A stretch of DNA of 13,673 nucleotides, taken from Bacteroidota bacterium. Its GTDB lineage: Bacteria > Bacteroidota > Ignavibacteria > SZUA-365 > JAADGX01. Each line of letters starts with the position of its first letter. The first letter of the stretch is position 1. The stretch spans positions 1 to 13,673 of the forward strand of contig JAJRXL010000229.1 of NCBI GenBank assembly GCA_024276335.1, read 5' to 3'. Shown here piece after piece: positions 1-7,982 of this stretch. The notes beneath the pieces were generated by a model. The model searched no databases, was not told the origin of the DNA, and worked only from the letters and a program-made list of their open reading frames with translations. A program made the translations under genes and the position numbers.

Positions 1-80
1 ATGTTCGGCCCGCGGAGAACCTCGTGCAGCTTCTCGTGAAAGGTCTTGTAATACGCTTCGTTAAAGATCGAATGTGCCAT
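1..80 (-). CDS. Partial CDS of unknown function. Only the N-terminal 26 codons are in the window (MAHSIFNEAYYKTFHEKLHEVLRGPN...). It continues past the left edge.
   Basis: There is an ATG at 80-78 on the minus strand with GGGA 9 nt upstream. The frame stays open to position 1. It lies 17 nt downstream of the stop of the 98..2443 gene, on the same strand. It is too short for the ORF track. I do not recognise a family. Confidence 0.3.
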   Translation of the reverse strand, partial: MAHSIFNEAYYKTFHEKLHEVLRGPN

Positions 81-97
81 CGTGAATCATCCCGGAA

Positions 98-2443
98 TTA
101 ATCTGCTGCCGCCGCCAGCACCGCGGAGGCGATCTCCTCGATAGCGCCGGCGCCGGTGTTGACTACATGCGGACGGGCGGACTGGAACATCCGCCTGAAA
201 AACCTGGCCTGCAGTTCCAGCCTGTCACTTGAACGCACGAGGAGGTGCGGGTTGAAGAACGGCTCGCCGCGGATAGAACCGGGCACGCTGACGGCGCCGG
301 CGCCCGCGTTCTCCAGCATACGAACAGCTTCGTCGGGATATACCTCGACCAACAAAGGGGAAACCGTGTCCCGCTTCAGGATGAACACGTGCTGAATATC
401 CACCCGCTTGACGTGCTTGCGCATGCCCCCGATCCAGTACGGGTCGAGCATGGCGTGGGACTTCTTCGCCGCGATGTAACAGTACGGCGCACCACGGTCG
501 AGCACACAGGAATCCTGCGCCCGGCACTCGTCGTTCCGGCAGTCCTCCTTCCGGGTGACAACGTTCTCGCACTTGCTGCGGTCGAAGAGGACGGTGAAGT
601 CTTCGAACAAGCCCGCCGTATTGGTGGGAATGTACACCTTGCGCTCGGGCAGGTCGGCGGCGGCGTACCCTCCTCCGTATCGCACGATGAGGTAGTCCGG
701 CGCGTGAAACGCCACCTGCTCGTACCGCATCAGGGCAAAATACAGCTCCGTCTTCCGCGTGCCCCTCGGCCCCAGGAGAAGCGTTCCCACCCCGTTCACG
801 TCCAGCGACATGCCGCGGACGCCGTGGGCGTCGAACAACCGCTCGGCGATGTCCGTCACCAGTCCCAGCGCAAGGTTGCGTAGCGAGCCGTAGTGGTCGG
901 CGTTGAACAGGACGCCAGTCTTGGTGTCAGTATTGTAAAAGACGTGCGGCTCCCTTCCCACCACCCCGTCCACGGCGTAGATGATGCCGTGAGGTTCCAG
1001 GTCGGTTTCGAGCTGGGCCGGGTACCAGTTCTCTACCCAGAAGTCGTAGAGGTGCCCGACGTTGGTGCGAAGCTGGATCACTACCCCGTTGATGTTGGCG
1101 TTCCATTCGAAGTAATGGTCGTACTTGAGGTGCGCTTCCGCTTCGGCCACGAGAGCGTCGCGCGATTCCACCGTCACCGCCGATTCTACCGGAACCTGCC
1201 GCTTGACCCTTGTCGTGGCATTGTTGAGTTCGATCTTGACCACCTTGGCGGGCTTTTTCAACTGCTGGAGCGCTTCGGCGATGCGGCTTATGCCTTTCTC
1301 CAGGTTCTCCATGGACGTCGCGTAGGAAATCCGTATGTGATCCGGCGCACCGAAAGCGTCGCCCGGGACGATGGCCACGTTGGCGTGCTTCAGCAGGTAG
1401 TACGCGAGACCGTAGGAGTTGCGGATGGGGGCTCCTTCGAATTCCTTCTCGAAGAACGATGACACGTTGGGGAAGGCGTAGAACGCTCCCTGGGGCATGG
1501 CGCAGGAAACCCCCGGCATGGCCTGCAGCTTGTGTACCACGTAGTTCCGGCGCTTCTCGAACTCCGCCCGCATGCGCCGGATTTCATACTGCGGACCTTC
1601 CAGTGCGGCCAGGGCGGCCATCTGGGAAATCGAGGAGGCGTTGGACGTGCAGTGGCCCTGGACCTTGGACATGGCCTCGATCACGTACCGGGGCGCTGCG
1701 GCGTAACCGATCCGCCAGCCGGTCATGGAGTACGCCTTGGACACGCCGTTGACGAGCACGGTCCTTTCCCGCACGTCGGACCCGAAGGTGGGGATACTTT
1801 TGAAAGGAAACCCGTCGAACACCAGCTTCTCGTAGATCTCGTCCGAGATGATGAACAGCCTTTCCTCCATGCAGATTTCCACGATCCGCTCCAGCTCCTC
1901 CGGGCGATAGCCCGCGCCGGTGGGATTGGACGGGTTGTTGAGAATGATCGCACGCGTGCCCGCGGTGATGGCGTCGCGGAGCTGGTCGGGCGTAAGGCGA
2001 AAACCGTTTTCCTCCAGGGCGCTGACCACGACCGGCACGCCACGCGCCAGCTTGACCATTTCCGGGTACGAGACCCAGTACGGCGTGGGAACGATAACCT
2101 CGTCGCCTTCATTGACCAGGGCCATGATCGCGTTGTAGATCGAGTGCTTGGCGCCGTTGGACACCAGTATCTCATCCGGCTTGTACTCCAGCTTGTGATC
2201 CTCGCGCAACCGCTCGACAATTGCTTGCCGCAGTCGGGGGATGCCCTCGTTGGCGGTGTACCGGGTGAAGTTGTCGTCGATGGCCCGCTTGGCGGCGTCC
2301 TTGATGTTCTGGGGAGTGGGAAAATCCGGCTCGCCCACGCTGAAATCGATGACGTCGATTCCCTGGGCTTTCAGCGCCTTGGCCTTGGCGGTGATCTTCA
2401 GCGTGGGGGAAGCGCCGATGTGGTGTATGCGTTCAGCAATCAC
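98..2443 (-). CDS. Fusion protein (781 aa). The N-terminal part is a class I/II PLP-dependent aminotransferase of the AspC type. The C-terminal ~350 aa is an HprK/PEP-carboxykinase-like P-loop kinase domain.
   Basis: Residues 1-397 (coordinates ~1253..2443) carry the aspartate/aromatic aminotransferase hallmarks. These are GEPDF, NNPSNPTG, the PLP-lysine motif SKAYSMTGWRIGY (Lys236 encoded at 1736..1738) and a C-terminal ...ISYATSMENLEKG. Residues ~430-781 then continue in the same frame with no stop. They contain HGVRGMSLDVNGVGTLLLGPRGTRKTELYFALMRYEQVAFHAPDYLIV, which aligns to the HPr kinase C-domain segment [40 protein letters not shown] (G-x-x-G-x-x-K-T/S-E P-loop). The start is GTG at 2443 with a GAGGA Shine-Dalgarno 5 nt upstream. 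The stop is TAA at 98-100. Confidence 0.8.
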   Translation of the reverse strand: MIAERIHHIGASPTLKITAKAKALKAQGIDVIDFSVGEPDFPTPQNIKDAAKRAIDDNFTRYTANEGIPRLRQAIVERLREDHKLEYKPDEILVSNGAKHSIYNAIMALVNEGDEVIVPTPYWVSYPEMVKLARGVPVVVSALEENGFRLTPDQLRDAITAGTRAIILNNPSNPTGAGYRPEELERIVEICMEERLFIISDEIYEKLVFDGFPFKSIPTFGSDVRERTVLVNGVSKAYSMTGWRIGYAAAPRYVIEAMSKVQGHCTSNASSISQMAALAALEGPQYEIRRMRAEFEKRRNYVVHKLQAMPGVSCAMPQGAFYAFPNVSSFFEKEFEGAPIRNSYGLAYYLLKHANVAIVPGDAFGAPDHIRISYATSMENLEKGISRIAEALQQLKKPAKVVKIELNNATTRVKRQVPVESAVTVESRDALVAEAEAHLKYDHYFEWNANINGVVIQLRTNVGHLYDFWVENWYPAQLETDLEPHGIIYAVDGVVGREPHVFYNTDTKTGVLFNADHYGSLRNLALGLVTDIAERLFDAHGVRGMSLDVNGVGTLLLGPRGTRKTELYFALMRYEQVAFHAPDYLIVRYGGGYAAADLPERKVYIPTNTAGLFEDFTVLFDRSKCENVVTRKEDCRNDECRAQDSCVLDRGAPYCYIAAKKSHAMLDPYWIGGMRKHVKRVDIQHVFILKRDTVSPLLVEVYPDEAVRMLENAGAGAVSVPGSIRGEPFFNPHLLVRSSDRLELQARFFRRMFQSARPHVVNTGAGAIEEIASAVLAAAAD
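101..1156 (-). other. HprK-like / PEPCK-fold P-loop kinase-like domain of the fusion ORF (approx. residues 430-781). It includes a Cys-rich patch.
   Basis: The P-loop GPRGTRKTE is encoded at 746..772, as verified by reverse-complementing the window. The Cys patch C-x10-C-x4-C-x5-C-x8-C is encoded at 479..571. Confidence 0.55.
1253..2443 (-). other. Aminotransferase class I/II domain of the fusion ORF (approx. residues 1-397).
   Basis: The motifs listed for the parent CDS apply. The PLP lysine codon is at 1736..1738. The domain ends with the AspAT-like C-terminus ...RIAEALQQLKK. Confidence 0.75.
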
Positions 2444-2488
2444 GGTAATCCTCGCTGGTTAGGAACGACATGGACGGCAGGCCGGGGG

Positions 2489-3883
2489 TCACTGCTCGCC
2501 GCCGAGCTTGTCCTTGAGGTAGCTCGCAATGTCCACGCCGGTGAGGGACTTGATCACCTCGGGAAGCTGCGCCAGGATTTCGGACACCTGGCCGGTGATT
2601 TTCGATGCTCCCGTAGAACCGTCAGCGCTGCCGACGAGGGTGATTTTCTCGATACGGGAGAGCGGTTCCGCCACGTTCTTGGCCAGGTCGGGAAGAATAT
2701 CGAGCACCATCTTGTACATGGCGGCCTCGTTGAAGTGTTCGAAGGCCTTGGCTTTCTCCAGCAGGGCCTTGGCTTCCGCCTCGCCCAGCTTCATGATGCG
2801 CTCGATCTCGACGTCGTTTTCTTGCCGGCGAGCGATGGCTTTCCCCTCGGACTCCTTGGCCAGGCGATAGCTCTCCGCGTCCGCTTCGGCCAGGACCTGC
2901 GCTTTTCGCGCCTCCGCCGGTTTCAGCACGTTGGCTTCCAGCTCGTTTTGCTTCTTGGCGATGAGCTTTTCCTGGAGACGGGTTTCTTCCTCCGCCTCGA
3001 TGTGTTTCAACTGGTACTCTTCTTTCTTCAATTCCTGGGCGAGCCGCGAGCGCTCCAGCTCGTAGGCCAGGTCCGCCTGTGCTTTCTGCTTGTTCACCGC
3101 GATCTGCGATTTCGCTTTCAGGGTTTCGTTTTCCCACTGGCGGGCCGCCACCTGAGCCTCCGCCTTGAGGCGCGCGATATCGCCTTCTTTCTTCGCTTCG
3201 GACGCCTTGATGATGGCTTCCTTTTCCGCCTCCGCCTCCGCGATAGCCGCCAGCTGCTTGGCCTCGGCGATTTTCGGCTTGCTAAGGGCGTCCAGGTAGC
3301 CTTGCGTATCGCTGATGTCTTTCAGGGAAAAGGAGATCATGGACAGGCCGAGGTTGGCCAGGTCCTTGCTGCTTTCCTCCTGCACCTTGTCGTTGAAAAG
3401 ATGACGATTCTGGTAAATTTCCTCCACCCGCATGGCGCCGATCACTTCCCGTACCTTGCCTTCCAGCACGGTCAGGGCCACTTCGCGGATGCCTTCGTTT
3501 CCCTTGCCCAGGAAGTTCTCGATGCCCAGGTAAGTGTGGTAATCGTCGCTGGTGTCAATCCGGACCTGAGCCGAGCCGTCAGCGAGGATGGGGATGCCAT
3601 CGGCGCTCAGCACCTCCGGGGTCTTGATCCCGATGGTGTTGACCTCAATGGGGAGGGTCTCCGCCCGCTCCACGTAAGGATGGATGTACGTCCCCCCGCC
3701 GAGCTGAAACCGGTAGCCGAGTTCCCGGGTGGAGCCGTCGGGCAGGGTGATGGCGTGTTTTTTCCCGCCGGATATGATGAGGATTTCGTTCGGCCCCGCC
3801 TTGACGTACTTCCGCATGAGAGTGAAGTACAGCACGACGGCGACGATAATTGCGGCAAAGATGATGATTAAAGCGGTGTCCAT
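2489..3883 (-). CDS. Flotillin-like SPFH/band-7 domain protein (FloT/YuaG-like), 464 aa.
   Basis: It has an N-terminal TM helix (LIIIFAAIIVAVVLYFTLM) and an SPFH domain. It has a long Ala/Glu/Lys-rich coiled-coil ('flotillin') region and a C-terminal tail. The ATG at 3883 has a GGAGG Shine-Dalgarno 6 nt upstream. The stop is TGA at 2489. Confidence 0.88.
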   Translation of the reverse strand: MDTALIIIFAAIIVAVVLYFTLMRKYVKAGPNEILIISGGKKHAITLPDGSTRELGYRFQLGGGTYIHPYVERAETLPIEVNTIGIKTPEVLSADGIPILADGSAQVRIDTSDDYHTYLGIENFLGKGNEGIREVALTVLEGKVREVIGAMRVEEIYQNRHLFNDKVQEESSKDLANLGLSMISFSLKDISDTQGYLDALSKPKIAEAKQLAAIAEAEAEKEAIIKASEAKKEGDIARLKAEAQVAARQWENETLKAKSQIAVNKQKAQADLAYELERSRLAQELKKEEYQLKHIEAEEETRLQEKLIAKKQNELEANVLKPAEARKAQVLAEADAESYRLAKESEGKAIARRQENDVEIERIMKLGEAEAKALLEKAKAFEHFNEAAMYKMVLDILPDLAKNVAEPLSRIEKITLVGSADGSTGASKITGQVSEILAQLPEVIKSLTGVDIASYLKDKLGGEQ

Positions 3884-4001
3884 GGAAAGCCTCCAGAGTG
3901 TGGCAAGCGTGAGACGGGTCTGACTACGATTTCGCGAACCATCGCGGTTCCGGAACAGATTCTACACTTGAAACTCCCCCGGTAAAGGAGTTCGAAGTAC
4001 T

Positions 4002-4030
4002 AAAATACTGAGCATATTTGTGATTGACAA
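4002..4030 (-). promoter_or_regulatory. Putative sigma70 promoter for the flotillin operon (-35 TTGTCA, 17-nt spacer, -10 TATTTT on the minus strand).
   Basis: The minus-strand reading is TTGTCA (4030-4025), then the 17-nt spacer atcacaaatatgctcag, then TATTTT (4007-4002). It sits in the AT-richer 324-nt gap, about 115 nt upstream of the flotillin ATG. Confidence 0.3.
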
Positions 4031-4207
4031 TTATTCCCCGGAGGACCGGGCGGAATAGCGGTGTTTTTTCAGCCGCGGACATTGAAAAGAAGTTGAACGT
4101 TGGAACATTATAACGTTGAAGCGTTTTTCCTTTGCGATCTCCGCGCCTTCTTTGCGCCCCTTGCGGTGAAACACGTTCTAATGAGACGTTACCAATTCAG
4201 TGTTTCG

Positions 4208-4885
4208 CTAATTACCCATAGGATATAGAACCACCACCCAGATCTTGGGTCCATGCACACCCTCTACAAGGACCTTCTCGATGTCCGCCGTTTTGCTCGG
4301 GCCGGCAATGAAAGTCAGGGCCGACGCCCCACTCCCTTTCAGCGAATCGTCCACCACGCTCGATGCACTGTCCAGGTCAGGATGAATACTGTGCACTTCA
4401 ACAAGACATACATGAACCAGGGGAAGAAGGGAAACCATGCGAGATTCATTCGCGCCTGCAAGGGCGAGAATAGCACCGGAATCAGCAAAGGCGGCACGGG
4501 CGGATGTAATTCCCATCGTTCTGCCCTGGTAGTAATTGCGATCGACCCGAGAAGACAGCTTGGTTTCGCCAGGCCAGCGCTCCTCCGACTGCATTCGAGC
4601 CTGGAACTTTTGGCGGTATCCGGCAAGGTCATCCGCGAATACTACCCGTTCCGAGCCATGTTCACGGCAGACCGTCGCGAGGATTCCGGGAATTTCACCC
4701 TCACCGGCGCAATTGTATACCTTGCCCCCGGCCCCAACGACACGTTCCCTGAAAAGCTGTACCAGGTCCTGTTGCGGAATATCGTTCCCGCCTTTGATAG
4801 CGAGTATACGGCGGACTTCTTCGACCGGCGGAACCTCCCATTTGTCCGCGCCAAGGTTGCTGAAAAACCTTTCCCGAGCGCTCAT
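4208..4885 (-). CDS. lutC: Lactate utilization protein C (LUD domain, LutC/YkgG family), 225 aa.
   Basis: The LUD-domain sequence begins at MSARERFFSNLG. The ATG at 4885-4883 overlaps the lutB stop (ATGA). I rejected the longer ORF-track start at 5353 because it runs antisense into lutB. Confidence 0.82.
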   Translation of the reverse strand: MSARERFFSNLGADKWEVPPVEEVRRILAIKGGNDIPQQDLVQLFRERVVGAGGKVYNCAGEGEIPGILATVCREHGSERVVFADDLAGYRQKFQARMQSEERWPGETKLSSRVDRNYYQGRTMGITSARAAFADSGAILALAGANESRMVSLLPLVHVCLVEVHSIHPDLDSASSVVDDSLKGSGASALTFIAGPSKTADIEKVLVEGVHGPKIWVVVLYPMGN

Positions 4886-6294
4886 GTCTGCCCCTCCTTT
4901 CCGCGCCAAAGGTCTTTGAATGTCTTTCGCGGCGGCGATGGAAATGCCCTTTGGACAGACCACCGCGGGACAACCAGGTTCCCTCCCTTGTCTGAAGCCA
5001 GCGGCGCCAAGAATCGCATGATTCTTCCCGCCAGTTGATAAAGAGCGGGTGACTGCATAATCAGGCGCCAGCCCCGGACCAGGAACCGTTCCAGGCTTGG
5101 AGTCCTTTTTTCTCGGACGGCGTTTCCGCGTTGTCGGAGCAAAAGATGGTGCAGATCGATCTTGACCGGGCAGATATCCGTGCATGCTCCGCAGAGCGAA
5201 GAGACAAAAGGATGATACGGCGCTTCCGCCCATCCTTCCAGCGCAGGCGTTATTACCGCCCCGATGGGACCGGAATATACAGAGCCATAGCCGTGTCCGC
5301 CGATGAGCTGGTACACGGGGCAGGTATTCAGACAGGCGCCGCACCGGACGCAATACAATACCTCGCGCAATTCAGGATGCTTCAACATGCGAGCACGACC
5401 GTTGTCGAGGATCACGATGTAGAGCTTCTCCGGACCGTCCTGTTCTCCATTCCGCCTCGGTCCGCGAATAAGCGAGGTATAACTCGTCATCCTCTGTCCG
5501 GTGGCGCTGCGGGCGAGCATCTTCAAAAACAGGCTCAGGCTTGCGGTATCCGGCAGAAGTTTCTCCATCCCCATGACGGCGATGTGCACTCTTGGCAGCG
5601 ATATACTCAAGCGCGCGTTGCCTTCGTTTTCCACGATGCATATCGCGCCCGTATCGGCCACAGCAAAGTTCACGCCCGAGATACCGACGTCCGCCCGGAG
5701 GAATTTCTCGCGCAAGACGCGCCGTGCAATGGCGGTGAGTTGCTCGGGGTCCTCGGTGTATTCCACTCCGAGGCGCTGTTGAAAAAGACGCCCGATATCC
5801 TGCCGCGACTTGTGCAAGGCCGGCGCCGTGATGTGTGATGGAATTTCCCCGGCCAGTTGAACGATGTACTCCCCGAGATCGGTTTCCAGCGTCTCGATGC
5901 CTGCGGCCGTAAGCTTGGGTGCGAGATGAATCTCCTCGGTGACCATCGACTTGGACTTGACAACGAGATGCGCCTCGTGCGACCTGCAAATATCGACGAC
6001 GATCCTTCTCGCCTCCACGGCATCATCGGCATAGAGTACTTCGGCGCCGGCGTCGCGCGCCCGTGATTCGAACTCACGAAGGTACGCAGGAAGATGATCC
6101 ATGACGAGTTTCTTGATCCGATGCGCGGCTTCGCGCATGTTTTCCCAGTCGCGATAGTCCGTCACCACGCGGGCGCGCTTGGCCAAGGAGAGCTCCGTGG
6201 CGCGCAGAACGTTCGTCCTGTACGCCTGGTCGGCGAGTCGCTCGCGAACAAGCGAAGGAAGATTTTGAGGTTCAACAGGCACGTGGAATGACAT
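4882..6294 (-). CDS. lutB: Lactate utilization iron-sulfur protein LutB/YkgF (4Fe-4S binding, DUF3390-containing), 470 aa.
   Basis: It has the motifs CVRCGACLNTCPVY and CGACTDICPV, and an N-terminal LUD-like domain (VVKSKSMVTEEI). The ATG is at 6294. The stop TGA at 4882-4884 overlaps the lutC start. Confidence 0.88.
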   Translation of the reverse strand: MSFHVPVEPQNLPSLVRERLADQAYRTNVLRATELSLAKRARVVTDYRDWENMREAAHRIKKLVMDHLPAYLREFESRARDAGAEVLYADDAVEARRIVVDICRSHEAHLVVKSKSMVTEEIHLAPKLTAAGIETLETDLGEYIVQLAGEIPSHITAPALHKSRQDIGRLFQQRLGVEYTEDPEQLTAIARRVLREKFLRADVGISGVNFAVADTGAICIVENEGNARLSISLPRVHIAVMGMEKLLPDTASLSLFLKMLARSATGQRMTSYTSLIRGPRRNGEQDGPEKLYIVILDNGRARMLKHPELREVLYCVRCGACLNTCPVYQLIGGHGYGSVYSGPIGAVITPALEGWAEAPYHPFVSSLCGACTDICPVKIDLHHLLLRQRGNAVREKRTPSLERFLVRGWRLIMQSPALYQLAGRIMRFLAPLASDKGGNLVVPRWSVQRAFPSPPRKTFKDLWRGKEGQT

Positions 6295-6297
6295 CGT

Positions 6298-7020
6298 TCA
6301 GCCCTCCGCCGCAAGTATGTCGGCAATATGACGAGCGCGGACACGCGATCCCCGCTTTTTCAACACTCCTTCCATCTGCATCAGGCATGAAGAATCGATG
6401 GCAGTGACCACGTCGGCGCCGGATGATTCGATGGCCAGGGCTTTCCGCTCGGCCATTGCTGATGACAATTCTGGAAATTTAACCGCGAAGGTGCCCCCGA
6501 ACCCACAACACGTGTCGCTCAGTTCCAGGTCAACCAGCGTGAGGCCGCGCACCTTTTCAAGGAGAAGCCTGGGTTGGTTCTGAATGCCGAGTTCGCGCAA
6601 GCCATGGCAGGAATGGTGCAACGCCACCTTTCCCCGGAAAGCAGCGCCAACGTCGGCGACACCGACGACGTCGACCAGGAAGGAGGTAAACTCGTGCACC
6701 CGCTCCGCCAGCAACGTGGCGCGTTCCCGGTACCCGTCGTCTTGGGCGAACAGGCGGGGATAAAACACCTTAACCATGGTGACGCAGGAACCGGACGGCG
6801 CGACCACGTATTCCACGTCGGAAAACAGGTCGATGAAACGTTTGGCCAAATGCCGCGCATCTTCGCGGTAGCCTGCATTGAAGGCAGGCTGGCCGCAGCA
6901 CGTCTGCGCGGGGTTGTATCGAATAGAAATTCCGAGGCGTTCCAGGACGCGGACCATGTTCATTCCACTGCGCGGAAACAGTTGATCCGTAAGACAGGGA
7001 ATGAACAGGTCAACGATCAT
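6298..7020 (-). CDS. lutA: Lactate utilization protein A (LutA/YkgE). It is a cysteine-rich CCG-domain Fe-S oxidoreductase of 240 aa.
   Basis: It has two CCG-type Cys motifs (PAQTCCGQP and SDTCCGFGG), and the whole protein looks like a HdrD/GlpC-like subunit. The ATG is at 7020. The stop TGA at 6298 is 3 nt before the lutB ATG. Confidence 0.88.
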   Translation of the reverse strand: MIVDLFIPCLTDQLFPRSGMNMVRVLERLGISIRYNPAQTCCGQPAFNAGYREDARHLAKRFIDLFSDVEYVVAPSGSCVTMVKVFYPRLFAQDDGYRERATLLAERVHEFTSFLVDVVGVADVGAAFRGKVALHHSCHGLRELGIQNQPRLLLEKVRGLTLVDLELSDTCCGFGGTFAVKFPELSSAMAERKALAIESSGADVVTAIDSSCLMQMEGVLKKRGSRVRARHIADILAAEG

Positions 7021-7022
7021 TG

Positions 7023-7964
7023 TTAATCTTCGAAAGTCTGGAGGTAGTGCTCTGCGTCGATCGCCGCCATGCAGCCGGAGCCTGCAGCGGTTATCGCCTG
7101 GCGGTACTTGCTGTCCTGGACGTCGCCGCAGGCGAAGACGCCGTCCAAATTCGTCTCGGTGGATTTCGCCTTCGTGATGATGTATCCCTTTTCGTCCATT
7201 TCGATAACGCCCTTGAACAGGTCCGTATTCGGTTTATGACCGATCCCGATGAATAGGCCGTCCACCTTCATTTCCGATATTTCACCCGTCTTTGTATCCT
7301 TCAAGCGCAGGCCGGTGACTTTTTTCCTTCCGTTTTCTTCCGTGCCTAGCACCTCTTCCACTACGCTGTTCAACCGGAACTCGATCTTCGGATTACTCTT
7401 CGCCCGCCTTTGCATGATGTGGGAGGCACGGAGTTCATCCCGGTGGTGGATGATCGTGACTTTCGAAGCGAACTTGGTGAGAAATATCGCTTCTTCCATG
7501 GCGGTATCTCCTCCTCCCACGACGGCGACTTCGAGATCTTTGAAGAAGAAACCATCGCACGTCGCGCAGGCGGAAACGCCAAAGCCCATGTACTTCGCTT
7601 CACTTTCCAGCCCCAGCAGCCGGGCGGATGCGCCCGTCGCGATGATCACGACGTCACAGGTCCATTCCTTCTCCCCGACCCACAGGCGAAACGGTCGATC
7701 CCCGAAATCGATTTTATCCACGTACTCGAAAAGCGATTCCGCACCGAATCGTTGTGCCTGTTTGCGCATATCGTCCATGAGTTTCGGCCCCATGACCCCC
7801 TCGGGGAAGCCGGGGAAATTCTCCACTTCCGTGGTGATGGTCAACTGGCCGCCGGGCTGTTCGCCCTCGAAGACAAGCGGCTGCAAATCCGCGCGGGCGG
7901 CGTACAGGGCGGCGGTCAATCCCGCCGGCCCCGATCCGATGATAATGACTTTTCTGTGTTCCAT
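7023..7964 (-). CDS. trxB: Thioredoxin-disulfide reductase (NADPH, FAD), 313 aa.
   Basis: The motifs are GSGPAG (FAD), the redox-active CATCDG, the GGGDTAMEEA NADPH site and the C-terminal GDVQD...AAGSGCMAA. The ATG is at 7964. The stop TAA at 7023-7025 lies 2 nt from the lutA ATG. Confidence 0.92.
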   Translation of the reverse strand: MEHRKVIIIGSGPAGLTAALYAARADLQPLVFEGEQPGGQLTITTEVENFPGFPEGVMGPKLMDDMRKQAQRFGAESLFEYVDKIDFGDRPFRLWVGEKEWTCDVVIIATGASARLLGLESEAKYMGFGVSACATCDGFFFKDLEVAVVGGGDTAMEEAIFLTKFASKVTIIHHRDELRASHIMQRRAKSNPKIEFRLNSVVEEVLGTEENGRKKVTGLRLKDTKTGEISEMKVDGLFIGIGHKPNTDLFKGVIEMDEKGYIITKAKSTETNLDGVFACGDVQDSKYRQAITAAGSGCMAAIDAEHYLQTFED

Positions 7965-7982
7965 AGTCTCTTGTATTTTCGT

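Noticed and set aside
1532-3871. A 779-aa plus-strand ORF.
   Set aside because: It is antisense to two recognisable minus-strand genes, the aminotransferase fusion and flotillin. Its Arg/Gly/Leu/Val/Asp-rich, low-complexity translation is typical of a high-GC shadow ORF. It has no recognisable domains.
4024-4029. TTGACA on the plus strand as a -35 element.
   Set aside because: There is no acceptable -10 at 16-18 nt. The nearest plus-strand downstream gene is antisense to lutC. The same bases read on the minus strand give TTGTCA-17-TATTTT, which fits the flotillin gene.
4208-5353. The long 381-aa version of the lutC ORF.
   Set aside because: Its N-terminal 156 residues overlap lutB out of frame and are Arg/Pro-rich junk. 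The LUD domain begins at Met157 (ATG 4885), which forms an ATGA overlap with the lutB stop.
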